A stretch of 64,000 bases of DNA from an uncultured Pirellulaceae bacterium (GTDB lineage: Bacteria; Planctomycetota; Planctomycetia; Pirellulales; Pirellulaceae): NCBI GenBank assembly GCA_964459305.1, contig CAYWNA010000038.1, positions 5,183-69,182 of the forward strand, written 5' to 3'. Of the stretch, positions 38,113-48,131 are shown piece by piece. A program made the translations under genes and the position numbers. Under the pieces are notes generated by a model that saw only the letters and a list, made by a program, of their open reading frames with translations, was not told where the DNA came from and ran no database searches. How positions within the stretch are numbered: position 1 is the first letter of the stretch; each line of letters begins with the position of its first letter.

Positions 38113-39600
38113 ATGGCTGAAGAATGGACACCGGAGAGACTTGCCGATCGAATCTTTGACCTGCGGCTTCTCGATACGCGCCAGTTGGAGGGCGTGTGGA
38201 CGGAGTTTGGCACACGCAATGTCTCTTGCGAGGATTTCCAAAACTGTCTGTTGCGCAAGGAACTGCTCACAAACTTCCAGTTGGGCAAGGTCTTGCAGGG
38301 GGACCGCCAGGGCTACTTCTATGGCAGATATCGCGTCTTGTACATCGCCGGGGCTGGGACGTTCGCCCGCGTCTTCCGTTCGGTGAATCTCGACACGGGA
38401 CAAGTGGTGGCGTTGAAAGTCCTCCGCAAGCGATACCGTGACAAACCGGAGCAAGTTGACCTGTTCTTGCGCGAAGCCCGTATGGGTTTGCGGCTCCGTC
38501 ACGAAAACATCGTCCGTGTCTTCGAGGTTAGCGACGACGTCAGGACCCCGTACTTCGTGATGGAGTTCGTCGAAGGGCAGACACTCCGGGAGCTCATGAA
38601 GATGCGGAAGAAGCTGGATGTAGCCACTTCGTTGGACTTCGCCATTCACATCGTCACCGGCCTGGACCACGCGCGCAAGCGAGGGATTACGCACCGTGAC
38701 ATGAAGCTCTCTAACGTGCTGATCACGTCTTCAGCAGTTGCGAAACTGGTGGATTTCGGACTCGCCACTATCTCCGAAGCCAATGACGATCTTCTGACAG
38801 CCTCCCCCAACGCCCGGTCGATCGACTACGTGGCCCTGGAGCGAGGAACGGGTGTGAGCAAGACCGATCACCGCAGCGATATCTACTTTGCCGGCGCCAT
38901 GTTGTACAACATGCTCAGCGGCGTCGCCCCTCTGACTGACACGAAGGACCGGCTCATACGAATGAGCATTTCGCGTTTTCAAGAGATCAAGGCACTGAAC
39001 AAGGTCGAACCGGATGCGCCAATCGGCCTTGTATCCGTGGTCGTTCGCGCGATGACGCTCAATCCGGACAATCGCTACCAAGAAGCGGAAGAAATGCTCG
39101 CCGAGTTGAAACGGGCCAAGATCATCCTGGAAAAGGGAGAGGATGACGCCCCAGTGCCGCAACAGTCCTCGGCCCCGGAGAAAACGGGCCCGAAGACCGT
39201 CGACCAGGAAGGCAAGGGACGAACCGTGATGTGTGTGGAATCCGGCTCGGAAATGCAGAACCTCCTGCGCGATCAGTTAAAGAAACGCGGTTATCGCGTG
39301 CTGATCACCAGCGATCCGTCCCGGGCGATTCAGCGGTTCGAAGACGAAGCTCGCGTTGCAGACTGTGCCATCTTCTCGACACAATCTTTGGGTCCTAAGG
39401 CCGTCGCTGCGTTCAATCGCTTGGGCGAATCGGAGATCACCGAGAACATTCCCGCTATCTTGTTGGTCGACAAGCGGCAGCGGGCCCTCATCAAGGCGGC
39501 CGAGACCAGCGACCATCGTGTCCTGTTGCCGATGCCGCTGAAGATCAAGCAACTGCGTTCGAAGTTGCTGAAGTTGCTGTCCGCCAAGGCGAAAACGTAG
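38113..39600 (+). CDS. Ser/Thr protein kinase with C-terminal receiver-like (REC-fold) domain
   Basis: ALKVL...K, HRDMKLSNVLI, DFGLA kinase subdomains. C-terminal about 120 aa GRTVMCVESGSEMQNLLRDQLKKRGYRVLITSD...AILLVDK has REC topology. SD aggag before the internal ATG. Confidence 0.8.
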   Translation: MAEEWTPERLADRIFDLRLLDTRQLEGVWTEFGTRNVSCEDFQNCLLRKELLTNFQLGKVLQGDRQGYFYGRYRVLYIAGAGTFARVFRSVNLDTGQVVALKVLRKRYRDKPEQVDLFLREARMGLRLRHENIVRVFEVSDDVRTPYFVMEFVEGQTLRELMKMRKKLDVATSLDFAIHIVTGLDHARKRGITHRDMKLSNVLITSSAVAKLVDFGLATISEANDDLLTASPNARSIDYVALERGTGVSKTDHRSDIYFAGAMLYNMLSGVAPLTDTKDRLIRMSISRFQEIKALNKVEPDAPIGLVSVVVRAMTLNPDNRYQEAEEMLAELKRAKIILEKGEDDAPVPQQSSAPEKTGPKTVDQEGKGRTVMCVESGSEMQNLLRDQLKKRGYRVLITSDPSRAIQRFEDEARVADCAIFSTQSLGPKAVAAFNRLGESEITENIPAILLVDKRQRALIKAAETSDHRVLLPMPLKIKQLRSKLLKLLSAKAKT

Positions 39601-39639
39601 CGCCGAAAGAATGGCGGCTGCCTCCCCAGCGTTCCCTCT

Positions 39640-40383
39640 CTACTCGCCGGGAACTTTCAAACCCATCTCGCGCATCAGCATCTTCATGTCCTCCCACGCT
39701 GCTCGCTTCATGTCCGAAGTCCTCAGCAAGTATGCGGGATGATAGGTGACCATCACCTTGATCCCTCGGTAGTCGTGGAATCGTCCTCGCAGACTCCCGA
39801 GCGATCGAGTGGTGGCCAAGAGGTTTTGGGCGGCCACGGCCCCGAGGCAACAGATGAACTCGGGCTGGATGATATCCAACTGCCGTTCGAAGAAGCCACG
39901 GCAGTTCGCTACTTCGTCGGGTTGTGGAGTGCGGTTGCCGGGGGGCCGGCATTTCAAAACGTTCAGGATGTAGACTTCCTCGCGCCGCAACGTGCAGGCT
40001 TGGATGATCTTGTTCAACAATTGCCCTGCCGCGCCGACGAACGGCTCGCCTCGGCGGTCTTCGTCTGCCCCAGGAGCTTCGCCCAGGAAACACAATCGAG
40101 CCTGCGCGTCTCCGACGCCCAACACCGTCTGCGTGCGCGAGGCCGCCAGTTCTGAACACCGCGTGCATGCGGCGACCTCGCTTCCAAGCCGCGATAACGC
40201 GTCGACAGGGCGATCCGGCACCGGGGTCTCCACCGGGACATCCGGCGTTTGCTGCAATGTCGGTACAACCGGATCAGGCAGTCTGGCGATCTGTTCTACG
40301 CCGAATCGCTCCAGACACTCAAGCTTCTGCCGAACCGCTCTCCTTGCCCGAAGCCATCCATCTGCGTCTGCCGCTGCCGTCAC
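39640..40383 (-). CDS. family 4 uracil-DNA glycosylase
   Basis: GEAPGADEDRRGEPFVGAAGQLL, NVLKCRPPGNR, HPAYLLR with 4Fe-4S Cys ligands. Confidence 0.85.
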   Translation of the reverse strand: MTAAADADGWLRARRAVRQKLECLERFGVEQIARLPDPVVPTLQQTPDVPVETPVPDRPVDALSRLGSEVAACTRCSELAASRTQTVLGVGDAQARLCFLGEAPGADEDRRGEPFVGAAGQLLNKIIQACTLRREEVYILNVLKCRPPGNRTPQPDEVANCRGFFERQLDIIQPEFICCLGAVAAQNLLATTRSLGSLRGRFHDYRGIKVMVTYHPAYLLRTSDMKRAAWEDMKMLMREMGLKVPGE

Positions 40384-40411
40384 TATGATTTCCTCCCCAT
40401 CTCTTTATGGC

Positions 40412-40497
40412 CCGGCCACTTGTTGGAGTCCAGGCTTCAGCCTGGATTCCCCAGCCTAAAGGCTGTACTCCAGCGGACATTTCAAACCGGCCGCGGC
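40412..40497 (+). repeat. dispersed repeat family D, copy 1
   Basis: ttgttggagtccaggcttcagcctg...ccccagcctaaaggctgtactccagc.gaca.t.caaaccgg shared with 60961..61054. Ends in ccggccgcgg. Confidence 0.7.
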
Positions 40498-40779
40498 ACA
40501 GTTCGTAATGCCGCGTTTACGCGGTCTTGACCGCAATAACAAGACGCTTCTCCGCCTGAAGGCGGTACTACGAACGGTCTCGACTCCCAAGCAAGACAGT
40601 CGAATCAAGATTCCGAGTATAGATCAACCGACTCGGGTTGGGGACACGGCATCGGATTGGAAGCCATGCGGCTGCATACCACAAAATAGTTTCGACAAAG
40701 GATTTAGGTTGACAGACCACCGTTCTAACGAAATGATTAAGAGAGGGCGGTTCCACTGCGAAACGTATGGAGAAAACGA

Positions 40780-42657
40780 ATGTCACGAGGCAGTAAAGCA
40801 GCCGTATACTGGTATGTCCATATAGTTCTGTTAGCGGGTGCCGTGATCGCGACGGGCCAAACCGCGTTGGCGCAAGCCAAACCGAAATACGATGTTATGC
40901 CCGTTCCACAGATCATTCTTGACGCCGACCGCAAAATCGACGTGAAAATGGCAAAGGAAGAGAAAGCAGCCATCCAGGAAGCGAAGACGACGAAGCGTGG
41001 GCTTGAGATGCTGGTGGCCAATGTCCTGCGCAACTCGCCGGATGTCTCCCTGGACGACGAGAAAACGAAGAAGAATTTCGACGGTTGGTACACGCAGTAC
41101 TATTTTGCGATCCTCACGCATCCAGAACACCTGTCCAAGTGGACCGAAACGCGTCGAAAGTTCCTCAAAATACTCACCCCTTCCAATGTACCGCCAAAAG
41201 TCCACGAACACTTGGTGGATGACCTCGCGATTCCAACGATGCTGACCATCGCCAAGGGAAACTATCACCCGGTGGCACGCTACAATGCCACGCTTTTTAT
41301 CGGCAGTTTGAATGACCATGAAGCTGTGCTGATCGGCGAGAAGAAGCAGTTGCCGGTTCCCTCGATGCTCGCTTTGGCGAGACTGATCGGAGAGTACGCG
41401 GACGCCAACCAGATCGATGCGGTACGCGTCGCTGCACTGGTTGGAATTCTGAGACATGTGAAAATTGACAGTTACTTGCCCTCCGAGAACCGGCGATTGG
41501 CGGGCAACAACGCGGAGACGCGAATCGTGGATCTCGCGACCAATCTCATCAGCCAGAAAGACGCGCCGGAAGGTCGCTCGCAGGGAGGTCACGATTGGAT
41601 GCGGCGACAGGCCATCGAGATCGCGGGGTTCTTGGGCAGCGTCGGCCAGAACGGGAAAGTCGTCTCCGCACTGGACGCCCTGGTAGCCGACGAAACGACC
41701 CCGGTGTCGCTTCGATGTAGCGCCGCCGAAGCCCTGGGGCGGCTGAACTATCCGGCAAACACGAACATGAATGTTGCGGATACCGCAAAGAAGTTCGGTG
41801 CTGTTGCCGTGTATGCTTGCCACAAAGAACTGATGCGGGTCGAGGACCAGCAGAAGCTGGAAGAAGAGGAAAAAGGAACGGCAGGGGGCGCCAGCGCGTT
41901 TGGAGGACAGTCCTTCGGTGGTGCTCTCGGCGGAACGTCGTCCGGAGCGTACGGCGCCGCCTTTGGCGGAAAGGCCGCCGCCGGTCCTCTCGCTTACCGA
42001 ATCGCTATGACCCGACGGCGCGTCAAGTATCAAACCCTGTTGGTCAAGACGGGTCTGGTTGGGGTGAAACAAGATGCGAAAAGACCGCGCCCCAGGTTCG
42101 GGAGTGCAGACGAAAGTGCGGATGCCGCCGCGGAGGAGACCAAGAAAAAGGAACGTGGGATACTGGCGCTGGCCAAATCTCCGGAAGATCAAGAATACGT
42201 CAAGAAGGTGGTCGACGGCATCGATGCCATTGTTGCCGTGACGGACAATTCGAAGGTGGAAGATCTAACGTCGCTGGTCACGGATATTCGAAACAAGGTC
42301 AACGAATTGGAGCAGAGTTGCGAGATCGTCGTGGACATGGGCGACTCGGAAGGCGACGTAGTCGACATAGAAGACCTGCTGGCAAATCCGGCGGAACCGA
42401 TGGACATCGAAGCGGGCATGGAATTGCCCGTCGGCCCACCAAGTGAACCGCCGACCGGCCCGTCGGGAAAAACTCCGGCGGATCCGGGAGTCAAACCGCC
42501 TACCAAGCCAGCGGTGACTGCGCCCGCCAAGCAAGCAGCGGATTCGCCCGCCAAGCCAGCGGTAACTGCGCCCGCCAAGCCGCCAGCGCCTGTCAAACCG
42601 CCCGCAAAGGCCCCAACTAATCCCGCCGGCGCGAAAAATCCCGCCAATAAGCCTTAG
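40780..42657 (+). CDS. secreted alpha-helical (HEAT-like) hypothetical protein with Pro/Ala/Lys-rich tandem-repeat tail
   Basis: Signal peptide HIVLLAGAVIATGQTALAQA. Tail PAVTAPAKQAADSPAK/PAVTAPAKPPAPVKPPAKAP. Confidence 0.55.
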   Translation: MSRGSKAAVYWYVHIVLLAGAVIATGQTALAQAKPKYDVMPVPQIILDADRKIDVKMAKEEKAAIQEAKTTKRGLEMLVANVLRNSPDVSLDDEKTKKNFDGWYTQYYFAILTHPEHLSKWTETRRKFLKILTPSNVPPKVHEHLVDDLAIPTMLTIAKGNYHPVARYNATLFIGSLNDHEAVLIGEKKQLPVPSMLALARLIGEYADANQIDAVRVAALVGILRHVKIDSYLPSENRRLAGNNAETRIVDLATNLISQKDAPEGRSQGGHDWMRRQAIEIAGFLGSVGQNGKVVSALDALVADETTPVSLRCSAAEALGRLNYPANTNMNVADTAKKFGAVAVYACHKELMRVEDQQKLEEEEKGTAGGASAFGGQSFGGALGGTSSGAYGAAFGGKAAAGPLAYRIAMTRRRVKYQTLLVKTGLVGVKQDAKRPRPRFGSADESADAAAEETKKKERGILALAKSPEDQEYVKKVVDGIDAIVAVTDNSKVEDLTSLVTDIRNKVNELEQSCEIVVDMGDSEGDVVDIEDLLANPAEPMDIEAGMELPVGPPSEPPTGPSGKTPADPGVKPPTKPAVTAPAKQAADSPAKPAVTAPAKPPAPVKPPAKAPTNPAGAKNPANKP

Positions 42658-42787
42658 AGCGTGTCTTCAAATTGTGGACTGGGGAGGGCGAGGCTCCTGC
42701 CGAGCCGTCGAAATGGCCGGAAGACCGGCTCAGCCGGAGCTTCGCCCTCCCAGATCGTGCCCCTCACAGGATTTTGAAGACACGCTC
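42657..42787. repeat. nested-palindrome repeat family C, copy 2, filling the whole space between convergent genes
   Basis: Outer 15-bp IR gagcgtgtcttcaaa/tttgaagacacgctc enclosing gggagggcgaggctcctgccgagccg...ggctcagccggagcttcgccctccc. Confidence 0.8.
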
Positions 42788-43563
42788 TCAGCCTGGCCGG
42801 CCAGACAGGAATTCGGCGAGGAAATTGTGCGAGGGGTACGGGTGCCCCGTGTGCTGTGTGAACCCTTCTCCGTAGGCCACTCCGATTTCTTTCCCCCGTG
42901 CACCACTCCAACGCTCGCAACTGGCAAGATACTCGTCGATACCGTGTTGCTTGAGCAGCCAGGATCGTTGGCTGGCGTGGCAGGCGAGCATCTGTCTTTT
43001 CAGTCCAAACGTCGATGTGACGTCGACAATGAACCCCGGCTCGACGCGGTTGCCGTAGTGGTCGCTGCCTTCGACCGGGTCGGCATAGTACAGGTACGGA
43101 ATCTTGTCCAGCGGCTCGGCGGGGGTACCTTCGGCGATCGTCGCGTAGTTCGGCACCGACGCACTGAAGCATGCGTCACGCACCAGATGGCTCGTGAGTT
43201 CGTGGTCACTCATGTAGTCCACCGCGGGTGCCGTGATCACCACATCGGGGCGAACCCGCCGCAAGAACTCGGTTACACGACAGCGGGACGGGTTGTCTAG
43301 CACGATGCACAAGTCCCGAAATTCGAGGCAGTAGTAGTCGGCCTCGATCAACGCAGCCGATGCTTGTGCCTCGGTTCGCCGCAACTCCGCAATCTCGTCG
43401 GGCCCCAACTCCATACTGCCGCAATCGCCCGGAGTCATCGTGGCGATCGTGACTGACGCCCCCGCCTGTTTCAGTCGTGCCAGAGTCCCGGCGCATTGGA
43501 ACTCCACATCGTCGGGATGGGCGTGAATTGCCAGAATACGCGGCGGATTCGGATTCCCAGACA
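42788..43563 (-). CDS. PIG-L family deacetylase (LmbE/BshB-like)
   Basis: ILAIHAHPDDVEF motif. Internal Met chosen because the longer N-extension runs into repeat A copy 4. Confidence 0.8.
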
Positions 43564-43661
43564 TTACCGTTCCCAAACTGCAAGGTTTCGATTGGTGGGC
43601 CAACGCATAAGCCGGGGGGGCCATGAAGCTGACGCACCCGCCCCACGCACCGGAAAACAAA

Positions 43662-43792
43662 TTATATACGACCCGCGGCCAAGTCTGACCCGTAGCCGAA
43701 CTCGCTAGAGTTTGGTTTTCCCTGCGCTGTCCAAAGTCTGGCGACTTCGGCTACGTGCAGAAAGGTGTCAATCCTGGCTGTGGGCATTATAG
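43662..43792 (+). repeat. dispersed repeat family A, copy 4
   Basis: acccgcggccaagtctgacccgtagccgaactcgctagagtttgg...ccaaagtctggcgacttcggctacgtgcagaaaggtgtcaatcctggctgtgggcattata. Confidence 0.8.
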
Positions 43793-43810
43793 GATTCGTC
43801 CGAGTTTGGT

Positions 43811-45583
43811 TCAGCGCAAGCGTGGGATTTCTTCGTTCAGGACCAAGGCCCGCACGTACTGTACCGGCGGTGAGCCAAACGACAGGATCTTGTCGTGATA
43901 GGTCTTCAGGTCGAAGTCTGCGTCCCAGGCACGTTGGATGTCGCGTCTCAGGTCGAAGTGTTCCTGAGTGCCGACGAAGTAGGTTGAGAGTTGCGTCGAG
44001 GTCAGTTGAGCGCGCACCCATTTGGCGGCCGCTTCGCGCTCTTCTTGAAACGTGTCTTCCATCATCAGCTTCATGGCCTGCTCGCGCGTCATGCCCTCGG
44101 CGTGGATCGCCTGATCGATGATCGCGTTGCCGATCCCGCGGAGGTACCATTTCAGGTTGATCAATCGCATCAGGGGATCGCCGTCGAGAAAGCCTTCGTC
44201 GATCATCATCCGTTCGGAATAGATGGCCCAGCCCTCGATAAACACACCCGACGAGAGCACGGCCCGCAACTTGCCTGGATAGCGATTCGAATGGGCCAAT
44301 TGGACGAAGTGTCCCGGCATGGCCTCGTGCATGGTCAGGTCGTGAATGGACCGCACGTTGTACTCGCGCAGGAACGACTCCACCTGCTCGCCGCTCCAGT
44401 CTTCGGGCAGCGGAGCGACGGCATAGAATGTCTTCAGCCCCACGTCCAACGCGCCCGGCGAATCGCAGTAGGCCAGCGAGACGCCGCGCTGAAACTCGGG
44501 CATGACGATGATCTCGACGGGGTCAGGCGGCAAGGTCAAGAGATCGTTTTCCCGCACAAAGGACGTGGCCATTTGCAGTGATTCCTTTGCGGTCTGGACG
44601 ATCTTGTCCGCGTCGGGTGCGTCGAGGTAGGCCCATTCCAGACTGGCGCGAACAATGGCCTGCTTGTACTCGCGCGTTGGCTCGGTGGGAAAGGTGGTGT
44701 ACGGATATTTGTCTTTATAAACTGGCTGCGAGATGCGGTACATCTCATCGCGCACGCGAATCAACTCCCGCTCGGCCCGCTCGCGCACCTGGGCACGTGT
44801 GAGCGGCGTCTTGAGGGTGAAGGCGAGCTTCTGATCGTAGAGTTCCGATCCCAAACGGAAGTCCCCGCGAGCATTTGGCAACAACTCGGATTCGAGCCAT
44901 TGCTGGTGCTCCTCTACCGCTGTTCTGGCCGTCTCCATGGCGCGTTCGAGGCGATCCCGCTGCTCCTTCGGGAGCTCGTCCAATTTGGGTTCGACCAGAT
45001 TGTCAAGAACGCTCAAAACGCCGCGATTCTGTTTGACGGCCGTTTCGGCGTGTATCTTCGGCACGCGTTTGGGGTCGAGCGTGGCCCGGATCTGACGAAA
45101 CAGGCGGGGAAACTGTTCCAGGCGATCCGCCACGTGCGCCAGACGTTTTTTCAGCGGGGCAAAATTCCGGGCCATCAAACTGTAAACCGCACCGCCGGAT
45201 AAGCCGGTATACGCCGTCGGATTCCAGGCCCATTCCTGCAGCGTCTCCAAACGCCACAACGTGCCCTCCAACTTATGCTCCAGCAGGGCATAGTCCACCT
45301 GGTTCGCACGAGACAGCCGGCCTCGGTCGATCTTGCGGAGATGCTCCAAGTATTTGCGACAGTGCTTCCGTTCGTGGGCACGCGCTTCCTCGCTCACCTC
45401 GTCCAACTGGCTGTCAAAGCGATGGTCGCCCAACGATGTCGCCGACACCGGCGACAGTGCGGGGAATTCATCCACGTAACGCGCTGCAAGCTGTTCGAAC
45501 TGCCCGTCAAGGGATGTTTCAGCGGATGTCGTGACCGGTGCTGAGATATGCGACAGGACCACTAGCAAAGGCAATGCTGACAT
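43811..45583 (-). CDS. DUF885 family protein (secreted, metallopeptidase-like HExxPGH motif)
   Basis: HEAMPGHFVQ. An internal Met gives signal peptide MSALPLLVVLSHISAPVTTSA and removes the overlap with the ThuA gene. Confidence 0.7.
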   Translation of the reverse strand: MSALPLLVVLSHISAPVTTSAETSLDGQFEQLAARYVDEFPALSPVSATSLGDHRFDSQLDEVSEEARAHERKHCRKYLEHLRKIDRGRLSRANQVDYALLEHKLEGTLWRLETLQEWAWNPTAYTGLSGGAVYSLMARNFAPLKKRLAHVADRLEQFPRLFRQIRATLDPKRVPKIHAETAVKQNRGVLSVLDNLVEPKLDELPKEQRDRLERAMETARTAVEEHQQWLESELLPNARGDFRLGSELYDQKLAFTLKTPLTRAQVRERAERELIRVRDEMYRISQPVYKDKYPYTTFPTEPTREYKQAIVRASLEWAYLDAPDADKIVQTAKESLQMATSFVRENDLLTLPPDPVEIIVMPEFQRGVSLAYCDSPGALDVGLKTFYAVAPLPEDWSGEQVESFLREYNVRSIHDLTMHEAMPGHFVQLAHSNRYPGKLRAVLSSGVFIEGWAIYSERMMIDEGFLDGDPLMRLINLKWYLRGIGNAIIDQAIHAEGMTREQAMKLMMEDTFQEEREAAAKWVRAQLTSTQLSTYFVGTQEHFDLRRDIQRAWDADFDLKTYHDKILSFGSPPVQYVRALVLNEEIPRLR

Positions 45584-45642
45584 CCTGGTTCCTTTCAAAG
45601 TTTCCAGGTGATCGAGAATATCCAGGTGCGACGAAGGACCTG

Positions 45643-46401
45643 CTATTGGCCAACAACCTTGCCGGTGGCGGCCCACTCGACGCCTCGCGCGATTAGTGTT
45701 CGGCACGCCGGATCCATGATCGCCTTGCGATCGTGCCCCAACGCATTGTGCACGCAGCGGCCCTCGCCATAGGTGCACGTGAAGACCATCGGTTCAGTCT
45801 GTTCGCTCCAATCGGAATCCGCCGTGACGAGCACCTCGATTGGCTCGTCGCCCTGCAGCTTGGCGTACAGTTCGTCGAACATTTTGAAATCCTTCATCCC
45901 TGCGGTAATGGGATGTGCCGTCTTTGTGATGTTGCACTTGAACACGCTCCGCGGGCCGTGCCCCGAAGTGCCCATCACCCAATGTCGGCCGCACATTTTG
46001 CCGAACTCTGCCCAATCGCCGTACGACGCACTTGCCAGGTGCTGAACGTAGTACCCTTTGCCGCCCTTGACAAAGTTGACAAGGTTTTCCTTGCCCAAGT
46101 CGGAGAGCATCGGCAGGCTTCTGTTGAACATGGTGAACACGATCACATCGTAGGCTTCCAGCGCCGTGGCCGATTCAAGAATGAGCGGGTCTTCGCACAC
46201 GCGGACACCAAACCGCTCAGTCGCAACCAGCGCATCACGGGTGGCCTCGGAATTCTCGCGCCAGTCATGGAACGGAGCCACGTCATCACCGGCGATCAAC
46301 AACACCTGGATCTTCGCAGGCGATTCGGCCGACTGAGCCAACGCACCCAAGAAAACGACCAGCAGACAGGCAACGGCGGACAGGTACAGAAGTTTGCGCA
46401 T
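45643..46401 (-). CDS. ThuA domain-containing protein (class I glutamine-amidotransferase-like), secreted
   Basis: Signal peptide. VLLIAGDD...DVIVF...HNALGH pattern of the ThuA family. Confidence 0.75.
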   Translation of the reverse strand: MRKLLYLSAVACLLVVFLGALAQSAESPAKIQVLLIAGDDVAPFHDWRENSEATRDALVATERFGVRVCEDPLILESATALEAYDVIVFTMFNRSLPMLSDLGKENLVNFVKGGKGYYVQHLASASYGDWAEFGKMCGRHWVMGTSGHGPRSVFKCNITKTAHPITAGMKDFKMFDELYAKLQGDEPIEVLVTADSDWSEQTEPMVFTCTYGEGRCVHNALGHDRKAIMDPACRTLIARGVEWAATGKVVGQ

Positions 46402-46691
46402 TGTTGGGACTCCTCAGGGTGAAAGAAACAACAGGAGGCCCCAAGATAGCCCAATCCGAAATGCGGGGCAACAGGCGACGTTTGCCTGTCACGCGAACCA
46501 TCGTTTAACCGCAGTGCCCAACGGGCCGCGCGTTGGCGAGGACATTGCTTTGCGCTTCTCCCAGGCGCGGAGAGAGATGCCAGTTCCAGTTCCACTCCCG
46601 CGCGGGCCGCTGGAGGCCACTGCGGTTAAACGAAGACCCGCTGGGATCGCACGCGGCCAACACGACGTCGCATGAAGGTCACCAAGCAGAC

Positions 46692-47834
46692 TCAACCTGC
46701 GGCGATCAGTTCTTCGATCATCTCCGAGATCTCCTGCGCGTTCTTCTCGCCGCTTCCGATGCGGAATAGGCGAACCTTGCCTTCTCGGTCGATCAGCACG
46801 ACATGCGGGATTCCGCTCACCGCATAAAAGTCGGCCAGCGTTCGATCTTTCTGGATCGCGAACCGGTGGTGCAGGTTGTGGTGTTCCGCAAACTTGGCCA
46901 GCATTTCCTGCTCCTGCTCCGGCGTTACCTTTTCGTCGCCGGTGGCGCGCTTGGCTCGGTTTGCCTTGTCGTCCCAGGCGTAATTGTAGTAGCGCGTCAA
47001 TCCGATGATCACCAAGCCTTCCTCGGCATGCTTCTCGTGCCACTCGCGCAAATGCGGAAACGTGGAGATACAGGGGCCGCACCAGACCGACCAAAAGTCC
47101 AGCAGCACGACCTTGCCCTTCAGGTCGGCGTCGGTCAGAGGATCGCCGTTCACCCAGGCTTCCACGGCCAGCGGCGCGGCATCGGCACCGACCAGGGCAG
47201 CCAGTCTCTTGCCTGTCTCGATTTTCTTTTCCAGCGAGGGAAACGACCGTTCTATTCTCTCGATCGCCTTCTTGGTCGCGTCCTCTTGCGCCTTCTCCTT
47301 GAGCGTCGCCAGCAACTCCTTGGCCGCATTCAACAGCTTCTCAGCTTTGTCAGGCTCCGTGCGTGTCAGCGACGCGACTTCCCCCGCTAACTTGGACGGA
47401 TACATCGAAATGGACTTGGTATCGTCCGGATTCTCTTTCAGCTTGGCCACAAGCTCCTCAAGTGTAACACGCCCGAGTTCGACCCGTTGCTCGTACATCC
47501 GAATCACCTGTTTGGCGCGACCAACGATCTGTTTACCCGCGGGCGTTTCCGGTTTGAGCGATTCCATCAGCGTCTGCATTTCGGCGAGTTGCACTTCCGC
47601 CTTGTCGGGATCCGTACCGATCAGCGATCGCACTTCTCCCAAATTCTTGATCATGTACTTGTTGAACAGAGGGATGTCATCCGGCTTCTCCTTCAACTGC
47701 TCTGCCAGAGGTTTTGCAGCATCGGCTTCGGACGTTTTCGGTTCCGCCGGTTTGGTGTCATCGGCAAAGCTGGGAGCGATCAGGCCCAGACAAGCGAACA
47801 GGACGAAAGCAAATCGTGTCATTTTGGACTCCAC
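46692..47834 (-). CDS. TlpA-like thiol:disulfide oxidoreductase with duplicated N-terminal helical repeat
   Basis: FWSVWCGPC redox motif. Signal peptide. Two about 47-aa repeats (KEKPDDIPLFNKYMIKNLGEV.. / KENPDDTKSISMYPSKLAGEV..). Confidence 0.8.
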   Translation of the reverse strand: MESKMTRFAFVLFACLGLIAPSFADDTKPAEPKTSEADAAKPLAEQLKEKPDDIPLFNKYMIKNLGEVRSLIGTDPDKAEVQLAEMQTLMESLKPETPAGKQIVGRAKQVIRMYEQRVELGRVTLEELVAKLKENPDDTKSISMYPSKLAGEVASLTRTEPDKAEKLLNAAKELLATLKEKAQEDATKKAIERIERSFPSLEKKIETGKRLAALVGADAAPLAVEAWVNGDPLTDADLKGKVVLLDFWSVWCGPCISTFPHLREWHEKHAEEGLVIIGLTRYYNYAWDDKANRAKRATGDEKVTPEQEQEMLAKFAEHHNLHHRFAIQKDRTLADFYAVSGIPHVVLIDREGKVRLFRIGSGEKNAQEISEMIEELIAAG

Positions 47835-48019
47835 GTGATGAGAAGAAAGGAACTTGCCACAAAACGGTCTTTGGCACGCGAGACGGAAGGTTGGGAACTT
47901 GACGCCGCAAGACGTTGCGTCTCGACCGGAGCGTCAGCCCCCCCAAAAAACTGCCCGGTGCCAGCAAAACGCGAAAGCCGTATTAGACCCTTGCGCAGCG
48001 GATCTGCCTAGGTGAGGGG

Positions 48020-48120
48020 CCATACCATCCGCCGACAAGTCTGGCGTGTAGCCGAACTCGCCAGAGTTTGGTTTTTCCCGTGTGAAGTGACCAAAGTCTG
48101 GCGAGTGCAGCTACGGGCTT
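48020..48120 (+). repeat. dispersed repeat family A, copy 5 (3' end diverged/truncated)
   Basis: cataccatccgccgacaagtctggcgtgtagccgaactcgccagagtttggtttttcccgtgtgaagtgaccaaagtctggcgagtgcagctac. Confidence 0.7.
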
Positions 48121-48131
48121 ACAAACAGAGC

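Noticed and set aside
40831-42192. 453-aa ORF antisense to the secreted HEAT-like gene
   Set aside because: No motifs, R/G/S-rich. The sense ORF has a signal peptide and coherent helical repeats.
42654-43172. ORFs 42654..43172(-), 42672..42875(+), 32797..33153(-), 32492..32914(+), 55463..55663(-), 55266..55583(-), 55377..55622(+) sharing WEGEAPAEP / GASPS
   Set aside because: They read through family C nested palindromes. The shared peptide is a repeat artefact.
43564-43660. N-terminal extension of the PIG-L ORF (MFSGAWGGCVSFMAPPAYALAHQSKPCSLGTV)
   Set aside because: It runs toward family A copy 4 and precedes a good internal Met. Likely non-coding.
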